A stretch of DNA of 64,000 nt from Dipteris shenzhenensis (taxonomy: Eukaryota). A program made the position numbers and the translations under genes. Of the stretch, positions 51,701 through 62,900 are shown one piece after another (within the stretch, counting starts at the first letter, position 1; each line of letters opens with the position of its first letter). The stretch lies in NCBI GenBank assembly GCA_047967505.1, contig CM106538.1; one strand, written 5' to 3'. The notes under the pieces were generated by a model. The model did not search any database and had not been told where the DNA came from. It saw only the letters and a program-made list of their open reading frames with translations.

Positions 51701-53128
51701 GGTACTTCCCCTCGCCCGTTCAAAGAAGTGCCCACTCCACGATCTTGCCCGTGACTCTACGGTGCTTTCACGACCCTCGGAATGTACAAGGGCACCTTCT
51801 CTTTTCTCTCTCTCTTTTAAAAAAATAAAAAATATATATATATATAAATGGCACGGTAAGGGGGGGGGCAAAGAGAAAAAGGAAATGAGAAGACAAATAA
51901 GAAGGGGGGAGGAATTATTGCAACACAAGGGAGGGGGGGTTTCGAAATGCAAGGGGGGGGGCGAGTTTTTTTTCGAAATGCAATGTGAGGGGGGGTTGAA
52001 ATGCAAAGGGGGGGGCAATTGAAAAATGTAATGATGAGAGGGGGGGGGGGGGCTTTAATGTTGACAACGGCAAGGGAGTGGAGGAGGTTGCTGGCGGGCA
52101 GCAGAAACACAAGGTGCAGGGCTAGCAGAGGCGTAGGGTTAGCGGGACTAACATGTGGCGGCGGCTGACAAGACACGAGGCAGAGGGGCAGATAATCTAC
52201 GAGCTGTTGTCAGAGAGGAGATAGGTGCACGGCCAACTGGCTGGGCAGAGTCGACTGTAGCAGAGGCTGGCGCAATTTGCGACGCCGTGCCACGGCCTGC
52301 ATGTCGAGGATGAAGGGGAGCACAAGGCCTTATACAAGACTCAAGAGTCAAATGACTACACGACGGGGGATAGTTTATGAGGCGGGACCACGCGTGGTGA
52401 CTGCTGTAGCTGATGCCCTAAAGACCCATGGTTCACGATGCAGGGTCGGTCCCCTTTTTTTCTTACAAAAAAGAAATTGCCTATCGACTTTACAAAAGAG
52501 ATTGCCTATCGCAAGAAGAGACTGACTTTCAGAGAAGGAAAACGAAGCCCTTTGGTGATTGATGGGTGAGTCTTGCTTCTCTTCGATGACTTCACGCCAA
52601 TGTCATCGACTGTTGCAACTTCCACTTGGCAGGCTCTCACACTCAAAGGATCTTGGCTTTGATACCACTTGTCACGTTCTTCAATGCAAAGATGCACATG
52701 TGTGTAGATGATGCATAAATTGAGAAGCATTGGCCCTCCAAATTGGGTGGAAGGAGTGCCCACATGAGTGTATTTTTGCTAGACTCTTCTCTATATGCTC
52801 CACACAAACCACAATCCATATGCATGCAAATGCCCATACTCACACACCATGAATGACACGAGAGGGTGCAACCCTCATGCCTCTTGGAATCACATCCCTT
52901 AGGCATACCCCATTATTCAACCCTTAGCCTATGACTCTTTATGCCTACCATTAATTAATGCAATACCCATGCACAATGCTACCCTTTCCTAACCATCCTA
53001 GGACCTTATGCATACGTGCATATTTTATTATATTTAATCGGCCAGTTAACAATGTTACGACCATAGGGTAATCACCAGATTCCCCAGAATGATCCATAGG
53101 ATCTAATACAAATAATCATGTCATGACA
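48746..53128 (-). mobile_element. Chromovirus-like Ty3/gypsy element, 5' half (LTR, PBS, gag, protease, RT, start of RNase H)
   Basis: LTR ~52670-53128 (TGTCA...TGACA); PBS GCTTTGATACCA 52656-52667; gag DALLWW; protease VLMDDGSNYDII. RT has CIDYRALNKLTIKNRFP...VVVFFDDILIFS (49178-49831), and RNase H DASGTSIGAIL...YSTYEKELLAI is cut by the Athila-like LTR. Confidence 0.92.
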
Positions 53129-54039
53129 TGAATAATGTAAAGAAAACAGAACTGAAAGATGGCGCGAAAGAATTGTGCATGAAGCTGACAGAGAAGGTGA
53201 AACTTTAATGACATTTCACTAGACAAAAAGAGAGACCACACATTCCACGGGACCACTTTAGAAATGAAAGAAGGAATCACCTCCCACACATTCCACCATG
53301 TCCATCTCATCACAAGCGCTGCCCATGACAGTCAAACCACTTTCTTTCGAACTGTAGATGCTCGAAATACACACACACAATTCCACACCACTATGGTTGA
53401 AACACACAGAGACAAATTCACTGTAGGCATCGTACTTTTATAGAGAAATCAAGACGAATAAAGGACACGAATAGCATATGCTTAAACACTTCATTCTTCC
53501 AGTCACTTCTGCAATCGACTTCACTCGCTCGTCTCTACGTAATGAAGGAAATGCTAGAACTTTTAACACGGTTCACAACAGACCACACAAAGGCAGACAA
53601 CACACGATTGTTGGAAGGCCCTCTGTCTTTACCCTTCGAGACCAACATGCAACAATAGAAAGTTGCTTGTTCGAATCTATCGGGGCCAAGAAATGCCACT
53701 CGAATAGCAACCGCAAAAAAGCAAGAAGCCGACCCAACCTACCCAAGAACAAGTCCCAGCCGAAAGAATTGGACTCCACAGAAGGTACCAAAGCCATCCA
53801 GATGGAATCTCTCCTCCTACCCTGCGGCAGCAAAGAGCATGCAAGGGCAGTACAAACCTGGTGATGCATTTGTGGTGCTGCAGTGATGGCTACGGTTGTT
53901 GCTGCTGCTACAAGACGTACAAAGCTATGTGAGTGTAGATCTGGCGATGCACAATGGGAAGAAGCAAAGGCAATGAAAATGAGGTAGGGAGGCGAGGAGG
54001 CGAGGAGCAGATGGTGGGAAGGAGGAGAGAAAATAGGGG

Positions 54040-54301
54040 CCAACAAACAAGAAAAAGTCCTAAGGACCTAAACCCTAACCACCGAATTAACCATCTACTA
54101 ACCTAACGGTCCCACTAACTCGTGAAAATCGACCACCAACACACAAAGCCCCACCCAAGCTCCAAAAACTCAGCGTGAGCTCTTGTTAGCACTGCCTTCC
54201 TGGCAGCGCTCTAGTTACATTTTTGTTACAAGGTGAATGATCAAAATCATTCATGAGGCCTGCCCTGGAAGCTGAGAGAGAGAAGAAGAAGAAGAAGAAA
54301 A

Positions 54302-54342
<41 letters not shown>

Positions 54343-54851
54343 AAGATCGGGACACAAATAGGAAAAAGATGGGAACACAAATAGCAAGCAAGAAGAAGAA
54401 GAAGAAGAGAGAAAGAGAAAGGGGGACAAAAATAGGGACAAAAATAGCAAGAACGGAGGATAAAAATAGCAACGGTGGATAGCCAATCACTCGTTTGCAC
54501 GCGTCTAAAAATTCACCAAACTACCACTCCAAGGCAACCACCCGGTAAGCCACAATTAGAAGCTTTATCATCTCAAAACAAAGAAAACGGTTACTATAAC
54601 CTTTCCCCTGGGCAGGCCAAAAAAGTGTCCCACTCACTTCGTTGCCACGTGGTCCCCTTCTATTTTGGTTCTTTCTCTCTCACACACACTCACCCACACA
54701 CACTTTCTTTTTTTGGCCTGCCCTTATAGGATAGCCTTAGCAATGGTTCTACTTTGGCAAAGCTAAAATAGGAGAGTTTTTAAATTTCATAAATTCTAGA
54801 TTTTTCTCATTGGCCTTTGTTAGGGGCTATTATGCACAACTAATGATTTTG

Positions 54852-54888
<37 letters not shown>

Positions 54889-55082
54889 TTCCCTCACTCC
54901 ACCACTCGTCCCTAGCCCACCCACCCTTCACCACCCCATTCTCTTTCTTAGCTTCCCTCACTCCACCACTAGTCTCACTCTTTCTCTCTCTTTTAGCTTC
55001 CCTCTAGCCCCCCCTACGCCTCCCCATTTCTTTTGGGCAGGACTATTGAATGACATGTGTCATTCATTTTTCACTTGTTAAG

Positions 55083-55113
<31 letters not shown>

Positions 55114-55115
55114 CC
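54040..55115. promoter_or_regulatory. Promoter-like island (GA/CT microsatellites, telo-box, CCAAT, G-box)
   Basis: AAACCCTAA ~54070, (GA)n 54274-54335, AGCCAATC 54481, GCCACGTGG ~54644, (CT)n 54854-54885 and 55087-55113; located upstream of the PPR gene. Confidence 0.45.
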
Positions 55116-55586
55116 GTTTGCAAATCATTCGAACTTTCCTATACACGAGCTTCCATCAAAGGTGTTGCAAATTAACCATTCATTCATATTGACAATTGTT
55201 TTCCTTTGATAGAACCAATTGAAGAAAGTGCTCTCGAGTACTTGTACTCACTTGTTTATGACGGAATTTGCAATTCACATGATATTAAACCTCGGTTTTC
55301 GGTGAGCACTCCGAGTGGAAGACCATGTCCACCGTCCGGACTCCGATGAGAGGCTCTGATTTCAAGGAAGATCCCATGAGCACCTTCGCAAGTCAACATC
55401 ACTTTGAACGTCTTCGTCAGTTCTGGAAAAAGCTCACACGTGGACAGAAAATGCACAGGACGCTCATGTAGCCTCGCGCCGAGCCTCGACATCTTGGAAA
55501 AGTGCCCAGGGTCAGAATTTCTATCTGGCTCGCTGCTCCGGGGCTCGCCATTTTTAAAGGTCATGTCCCTAGGAGCTTCCGAGGAG

Positions 55587-55628
55587 CGTCTAAGAGGCGG
55601 CATGCAGATCTTTGTGAAGACTTTGACC
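55587..55628 (+). other. Captured 42-nt polyubiquitin junction fragment (RLRGG|MQIFVKTLT)
   Basis: CGTCTAAGAGGCGGCATGCAGATCTTTGTGAAGACTTTGACC translates to the exact head-to-tail ubiquitin junction; the flanks are not ubiquitin. Confidence 0.85.
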
Positions 55629-56292
55629 AAGAATTTCGTCGACGTGAATCGTGATTGCAGAATTGGGCGAGCGAGGACAATGATTTCAACTGGGCACAGG
55701 AGGGGCACAAGCAATGGAATGCTGTTAACTGCGGCAAAATTGCGAGCATAGGGAAGAGCGCGTTTACGAAGTGGCAACCGCGAAATTTCAGGGTGCCAAA
55801 TATCGCACCAAAGCATATTTGTCAAAATGATGCAGAGCTTGCATTCAGGCGTAACATTGGAAGAGCTCTCTCCATTGGGGAAGTGGAGCGATAATCTACT
55901 AGGACAAGGGTTCTTCGATCCTCAAAATTGTGGGGGAGCGCTCTACTCGAAGCACTTCAACAAGTTCGAATTGAGGTACCTTAAACTTCAGTTTCGATTG
56001 GTCGTCCTTCCCAAGCAAAATGCTTGGCCAGCTGCCAAGTATATTGGCTTCTTAGGATTTTAGAGTTTTATAAAACGCCCTGGTGTTGGCGAAGTAAAGA
56101 CACAGCGCTCACGGCAAGAGTATTTTAGGGATTCGTCCAAGTCGAGCAAAGTGATTGCATGGGTAAAAAGCTGTAGAAATACTGCTAGTCTGGCGAGTCT
56201 GTTAAAACAGACAAACCCAACGGATCAAGATAAAATTATCGAGGAGTCTCTATCGATAAGGTGCTGTGCAATCCAAGAAAACGGAGTCTGGA

Positions 56293-58362
56293 ATGCACGG
56301 GGCCATAGCATCCGTTGGTCAGGCCCGGTCAAACTGTGGAGACTGTGGCTTGGTGGAGACTCTGAGCAATTGCAAAGCCAGCGATGGGTGTGCAGTACAG
56401 GTGAATGCACCTAAAGCACAAGAATTGCATGACAAAATTGTCTGGGAAATGCCAAGCTTAGAGGAGGCAATCACCTCTTTAGAACGGACGCCCCAGCTAC
56501 CTTCGATTGACAGCTTTATATGCATTTTGCAAAAGTGTAGAAAAGGAAAAAATCTAGCCTATGCTAAGCGTTTGCATGCCTACATGTGCAAAAGTAAACT
56601 GGAAGCTCATAGATCTCTAGGGAACTACCTTGTCCCCATGCTGGTGGAATGTGGAAGCATATGCGATGCCCAGCAGGTTTTCAACAGGTTGGTTGATGCA
56701 AATGAGCACTCTTGGACGTCTCTCATCATGGGCTATATTGAATGCGGGGAATCACAGCATGCTTTCAACCTCTACGAGAAAATGCAAGGGTATTGGGTAC
56801 GTCCCAGCAAGCATACGTTTGTAGCCCTACTGAAGGCTTGTGCTAGGCTGAAATTTGCAGAAAAAGGTCAAGAAATACACTTTGAGATTGCCAAAAAGGG
56901 GTTGGAAAGTGATCCTTTTGTTGGTGCCACCTTGATTGATATGTATGCCAAATGTCGCTTGCTTGCAGAAGCACAGGACGTGTTTGACAAGCTTCCAATT
57001 CGAGATGTAGTCTCCTGGAGTGCACTGATCACAGGATATGCCGACCACAGGCTTTGTGAGGAAGCACTGAACTGTTTCGAACAGATGCAAATAGAGGGGG
57101 TGTCTCCAGATGCTGTCACTTTTATTTGCATCTTGACAGCATGTTGCAGTGTAGGAAGCATAGACAAGGGTGGGAAGATACACGCAGAGATTGCCAGAAA
57201 GGGGTTGGAAAGTCATCCCTTGGTTGGCACCACCATGGTCAATCTGTATGCCAAATGTGGCTCGCTCGCAAAAGCAGAGGAAGTGTTCTCCAAGATTCCA
57301 GTTCGAGATGTAGTGTCCTGGAATGCACTAATTGCAGGGTATGCCCAAGAGGGTCTTAATGAGGAAGTGCTGAACTGTTTCGAACAGATGCAATTGGAGG
57401 GGTTGTCTCCGATTTCTGTCACATTTGTTTGCGCCTTGAAAGCTTGTGGCAGTATAGGAGCCACAGACAAGGGTGAAGAAATGCATGTCGAGATTGCCAG
57501 AAACGGGTTGGAAAGCAATCCTTTTGTCAGTCCTGCCTTGGTCAATATGTATGCCAAATGTGGTTCGCTTGCAAAAGCAAGGGAAGTTTTTGACAAGCTT
57601 CCAGTTCGAGATGTAGTCTCCTGGAACGCACTAATCACAGGGTATGCCCAACAGGGGCATGGTGAGGAAGCATTGAACTGTTTCGAACAGATGCATTTAG
57701 AGGGAGTGTCTCCGGATGCTGTCACGTTTGTTTGCAGCTTGAAAGCTTGTGGTAGTGTAGGAGCCATAGACAAGGGCCAAGAAATACACACTGAGATAGC
57801 CAGGAAGGGGTTGGAAAGTGATCCTTTCCTTGGTGACACCTTGGTGGATATGTATGCCAAATTTGGCTCGCTTGCAAAAGCACATGAAGTGTTTGACAAG
57901 CTTCCAGCTCGAGAGAAAGTCTCGTGGAGTGCACTACTTGCAGGGTATGCCCAGCTAGGGGAAAGTGATATCGTTTTCCATATGCTCGAGAGAATGCAAG
58001 GAGAAGGCATAATGCCAGACAGAGTCACATTCCTTAGTGTTCTGATTGTCTGCAGTCACTCAGGTCTAGTCGATAAGGGCCAGAAGTACTTTCAGGCCAT
58101 AAGCAAAGACTATGAGATTACTCCAACTATTGAGCACCACAATTGCATGGTTGATCTCCTTGGCCGGGCAGGTCAGTTAGATGAGGCAGTAGCAATTGTG
58201 GAGGAGATGCCTTTCCAACTTGTTCTTGCAGTCTGGCATACTGTGTTGGGTGCTTGTCAAAAGTGGGGTAATGTGGAGGTTGGACAACAGGCCTTTGACC
58301 GTGCACTGCGATTGGATGAAAAGGATGCTGCAACTTATGTCCTGATGTCTAACATCTATTAA
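56293..58362 (+). CDS. PLS-class pentatricopeptide repeat protein (organellar RNA-editing factor type), ending in the E domain
   Basis: Intronless ORF of ~690 aa (ORF track opens at GTG 56266; first ATG 56293; true start uncertain). It has repeated P-L-S motifs (LVDMYAKCGSL..A..VFDKLP.RDVVSWNALI.GY, PDAVTFVC.LKAC), P2-L2-S2 (EHHNCMVDLLGRAG) and E1 (VWHTVLGACQKWGN...YVLMSNIY). Confidence 0.92.
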   Translation: MHGAIASVGQARSNCGDCGLVETLSNCKASDGCAVQVNAPKAQELHDKIVWEMPSLEEAITSLERTPQLPSIDSFICILQKCRKGKNLAYAKRLHAYMCKSKLEAHRSLGNYLVPMLVECGSICDAQQVFNRLVDANEHSWTSLIMGYIECGESQHAFNLYEKMQGYWVRPSKHTFVALLKACARLKFAEKGQEIHFEIAKKGLESDPFVGATLIDMYAKCRLLAEAQDVFDKLPIRDVVSWSALITGYADHRLCEEALNCFEQMQIEGVSPDAVTFICILTACCSVGSIDKGGKIHAEIARKGLESHPLVGTTMVNLYAKCGSLAKAEEVFSKIPVRDVVSWNALIAGYAQEGLNEEVLNCFEQMQLEGLSPISVTFVCALKACGSIGATDKGEEMHVEIARNGLESNPFVSPALVNMYAKCGSLAKAREVFDKLPVRDVVSWNALITGYAQQGHGEEALNCFEQMHLEGVSPDAVTFVCSLKACGSVGAIDKGQEIHTEIARKGLESDPFLGDTLVDMYAKFGSLAKAHEVFDKLPAREKVSWSALLAGYAQLGESDIVFHMLERMQGEGIMPDRVTFLSVLIVCSHSGLVDKGQKYFQAISKDYEITPTIEHHNCMVDLLGRAGQLDEAVAIVEEMPFQLVLAVWHTVLGACQKWGNVEVGQQAFDRALRLDEKDAATYVLMSNIY

Positions 58363-58827
58363 GATGCTTACATGATGGAGGCCAAGAAGAATTTCCAAGC
58401 AATGAACGAAACGACAAGCATGGAAGAAACCAGGACAGAACTGAACTGGAATTCTGCGTAGCTTTGTACTGAGGGACATGGGACATTCCCAAAGCAAGGA
58501 TATAAATGCAAAACTAAAAGAGCATTCCTTCAAATGCGGAAAGAAATGTAGTCCGAGATGTGGATTGTGTTCCATGGGACATGTCCAATAATGTAAAGAA
58601 AGATGGGCGATGTAAAGAAAAGTTGGTTATGTGGGCACATCGAGAAGCTTGCCGTTCGTTGTTAATCTGAATACACCCAAGGGGACACCCGTACTCATTG
58701 TCCAAAGTAATCCAGGTTGTGATGATGCCATGCAGCCACTAATATCAATAGTAGAGCAGCTGTCAAGGATGCAAACCACGGTCATGTCTTCCGAAGGAGG
58801 GAAAGTCCTTGTGGCAACTATGGCTGA
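58363..58827 (+). pseudogene. Decayed E2/DYW cytidine-deaminase tail of the PPR gene
   Basis: Across frameshifts: AWKKPGQN* (58418-58444), SFVLRDMGHSQSKDINAKL, LCGHIEKLA (58627-58653), NTPKGTP..I...CDD, KDANHGHVF and CGNYG* (58810-58827). Confidence 0.85.
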
Positions 58828-59905
58828 TGCTTCTGCTTCTATATAAGCTAGTGTTCCTCTTATGTCAAATATTAATTCTAGAATGATGGAAGCCAACTTG
58901 GAAGAAAAGCTCATGCATGCATGCTGTTTTGAGATCACACATGTGTCTCTCTTCTAAAGGTGATATCATATTAGCACTAACCTTTTGTAATGGACTCCGT
59001 CTCCACATGGAAGCATACCAGTCCTTTTCTCTTCTACAGCTTTCTTCCTGCAGTTTTCTTTAAGTTTTGAAGGAAAACTGCAATTTCTATGCTTTCCATG
59101 CACCTGTCTCTTTGAAAATTGGAGAATTAGTGGCCTAGGGTGTGGAGAATACCCGGGTAGATTTCTGTTGCCAGAATGTTGCTGTTTATAGACCAGCTGC
59201 AAAAGTTTGGGTTTTTGGTCCAAATTTTAAAATTGAAATCACCTTCAAGAGCAGATTATTGATATAAGTACAGGTTGGATGGAATTGGGAGATGATTTAA
59301 TTGTTAGTAGTTAGCGTGGTTCGCCCTCATGGGAGATAGTTGCTGGTAGGGTTGATTTGATTGGCCCATGCAGGCCTCGAAGGTACTATTGGGCAAGGCC
59401 TCTCATGGAGGACACTTGGCAGTCGAGTCTACGAGGTATTGCATGGCGATTCTACTGGCGGTGACCTTTCGACGCTTGGCGATTTTGAAATGAGACGGAA
59501 AATAATGACATTGCCATAGCTTTGATTCATTACTGATTGGTATTGGTTATCACATTGTAATAACAATATAAAGCTTGAAAAAGACACATCGGAATACATA
59601 AGTACTTCCTCATTCGGAATTCCTGAACACGACACATGCATATTTTGCATGAGGAAGAAATAGATATAGTTACTTGGACACACTTCAAAGCAGTTACATG
59701 CAACTTCCCAAAGGTTTATTATATGCCTTCTACGAGTATCAAAAGAGAAATAGTTTATGACTATAGTTTATGTATGTTGATGGAGCATTTGCTTCCACTG
59801 ACAAACCTGGTGGAACATGGATTTTTGGCCAGCAAAAATGACTGAGACCTGAACCCACTCTCAGTTTGGTTGGTCTATGTCATCAGTATCTGCTAACACA
59901 TCTTC

Positions 59906-62900
59906 TGTTGGAAAGGTCACCTCCCCATCTGTAAGCCCCCATATGAGGAGAGCATGGGGGGGGTGGACCTGGCCCCCGAGGGATGGCCACATCAGCAGCA
60001 AGATGGCTGCCATGGGGGCAAAGATCAGAGAGAAAAAGGAAAGTACCTGGACGCATCAAAGTGGCTGCAACACATGGCGTCAAGACCATGGCAGATGGCG
60101 ATGCATACATGGCATAGATTTGGCATGGAAGAGACAGATCTAGAGCAGCACCAAATGGTGGGGTATCCCGGGGTATAGGCGCCTACATGGCGAGCTATCT
60201 GGCGAGCTGTGTGAGTAGGCACATGGCCTGCAACATACCCTAAAGATGGCGCAGGAATATGGCGGGAGAGATCAGCAAACAGGTTGGCCAACAGTAGCGC
60301 TGGTTGGGGCTGGTTGAGCCAGCCAACCAGGCCTTGGTTAGGCTGGTCAAGAGGGCTGGGTCCTTGCCTGGAACAAAGGCTGCAAAGGGCCTAGTAAAGA
60401 CACTTAATAGGGCCCTGGTTGGGCTGGTAGGGGCAGCCAACCAGGTCGGTTTTTAGCCAGCAGACTGAGTCGGCCAAAATAGGGCTGACCAGTCGGCTCT
60501 TTTGACCAGGCCTTGGGACTATAAAAGGAGAGGCCCTGGTCCTCATAATTCATCCACCCATTCAGCAAGAGCAGGAGCAGATAGGAGCAGCCAGAAGACA
60601 CTCCCTTGGGCCTCACACTAGGGGCGAAGGAGAGTGGAAGGTGTGCTGCAGACTGAGTTCCCTAGAGGCTGGACCTTGGCTGTCTTCTAGGGCAGCGAGG
60701 TGTCGTGATCAATATCTTCTGGAGCAGCCATTCACAAGCAGTTTGGAGCACTGGAGCAGCTATCTTGGGGCCTACATTCAGGAGGACCAAGAGGACCTGT
60801 GTGCTGCAGAAAAAGCTTGACAGGGGCTGCCTACCTAGGCTGACACTCAGGGCAGCAAGGTTGAGAAGAACACTCTTGACAGAGAGTCTACATACGCTCG
60901 AGGTGGAGCATGCGGGCTCAGAGATCTAGAAGTGCTTGACATCTAGTAGGAGAACCTTTTGGTATTGTATCATGTCCTACTTTGTGGACGGACGGAAATA
61001 TAAAGTGTTGCTTCTATATTTGTCTCTGAGCATTGTATATTTACTGGCTTGCCATCTATGTACATAAGTTTAAGAAGTTTGTGATTCCACACCCCACACC
61101 ACAGTGTGTGAGCTCCTGGGCAATTCTATCATTCTTCTGCTGTATGTACCCTCTGTTAGGTAATTTCTAACATGGTATTAGAGCCCAAGTAGGAGGCTCA
61201 CAGGTGTGGGAGCCTGAATTCAGGGACCTTGCTAAAGGATGACCCCGATTCAGAAGCTCTTGGGAATCGACTTCCACGACTGGAGGATGGTGCCCTTGCG
61301 AGAAGGAGGTTGACTTAGGTCAATCAGGTGCATTTAGAGTTCGCGGTCCAGGTTATCTGGAGATGTTCTTTTGTTTTGCGGACCTTGCTAAAGGAAGGAC
61401 GGGTTGAAACAGACCCTCAGAGCATGGTGCCTGGAAGACTCCAGGTTGTTCACTCATTATGAGGGGGACAACTAGTAGATCGTGGCGGCTGGATTGCTCG
61501 AGTTTGAAGGCGGGAGCGTGATTGAAGGTGGTGGTGCCAGGAAGTGCTACCACAGATGGACTTGTGTACTAGGATGGTGTGGGGAAGCGGAACCAGACCT
61601 GGTGGAGCAAGAGCCACTGGACGAAAAGCTAGGAAAAGATTTCGACAGCGAAAGCTTCTAGAGGACTACGACCAGGGACTTACTGGAGCATCGTCATCGA
61701 CGTGTTGGCATTGGGCCGAGATGTGTCAGTGAGAGGTGGTGTTGGAAAGTTCACCTCCCCATCTGTAAGCCCCCATATGAGGAAAGCATTGGGAGGGGGG
61801 GGTTGGACCTGGGTCCTGAGGGATGGCCACATGGGCAGCAAGATGGCTGCCATGGGGGCAGCATGGGGTTAGAGATCAGAGAGAAAAAGGAAAGTACCTA
61901 GACGCATCAAAGTGGCTGCAACACATGGCGTCAAGACCATGGTAGATGGCGATGCATACATGGCATAGATCTGGCCTAGAAGAGACAGATTTGGAGCAGC
62001 ACAAGATGGCAGGGTATCCTGGGGTACAAACGCCTACATGGCGAGCTATCTGGCGAGGTGTTTGGGTAGGCACATGGCCTGCAGCATACCCTAAAGATGG
62101 CGCAGGAATATGGCGGGACAGATCAGCAAACAGGTCGGCCAACAGTAGAGCTGGTTGGGGCTGGTTGAGCCAGCCAACCAGGCCTTGGTTAGGCTGGTCA
62201 AGAGGGCTGGGTCCCTGCGTGGAACAAAGGCTGGAAAGGGCCTAGTAAACCCTTATATAGGGCCCTGGTTGGGCTGGTAGGGGCAGCCAACCAGGTCGGT
62301 TTTCAGCCAGCAGACTGAGTCAGCCAAAATAGGGCTGACCAGTCGGCTATTTTGACCAGGCCTTGGGCCTGTAAAAGGAGAGGCCCTGGGCCTCATAATT
62401 CATCCAACCATTCAGCAAGAGCAGGAGAAGACAGGAGCAGCCAGAAGCCACTCCCTTGGGCCTCACACTAGGGGCGAAGGAGAGTGGAAGGTGTGCTGCA
62501 GACTGAGTTCCCTAGAGGCTGGACCTTGGCTGTCTTCTAGGGCAGCGAGGTGTTGTGATCAATATCTTCTGAAGCAGCCATTCAGCTATCTTGGGGCCTA
62601 CATTCAGGAGGACCAAGAGGACCTGTGTGCTGCAGACAAAGCTTGGCAGGGGCTGTTGGAAAGGTCACCTCCCCATCTGTAAGCCCCCATATGAGGAGAG
62701 CATGGGGGAGGGAGACCTAGGGCAGTACCCAACAGAAAAAGAGAGAAAGGGGCTGCCACATAGACAGCATCATGGCTGTCATGTGGGCAGCACATCTAGA
62801 ACTGTTATGTGCAGGACAGAGGGCCAGAAAAGTGCAGAAGCATGGCTGGGACAGATTGCGATGGATCTAGACAGGAGGCGCACTGTCTGCAGTAGGTTTT

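Noticed and set aside
54189-54204. GCACTGCCTTCCTGGC resembling miR408
   Set aside because: Gapped partial match only, and no complementary precursor arm seen.
55404-55751. A functional ubiquitin or ubiquitin-fusion gene
   Set aside because: Only 14 residues match; no ubiquitin fold is encoded on either side.
57213-58028. 271-aa antisense ORF (and other antisense ORFs over PPR and copia genes)
   Set aside because: Shadow frames of the real coding strand with no recognisable domain.
58360-58362. Premature TAA rescued by U-to-C editing or readthrough
   Set aside because: Such editing is organellar, and the downstream DYW also has several frameshifts.
61600-61730. Copia RNase H C-terminal remnant in the short interior
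   Set aside because: Resemblance (KIST...) needs several frameshifts; too weak to call.
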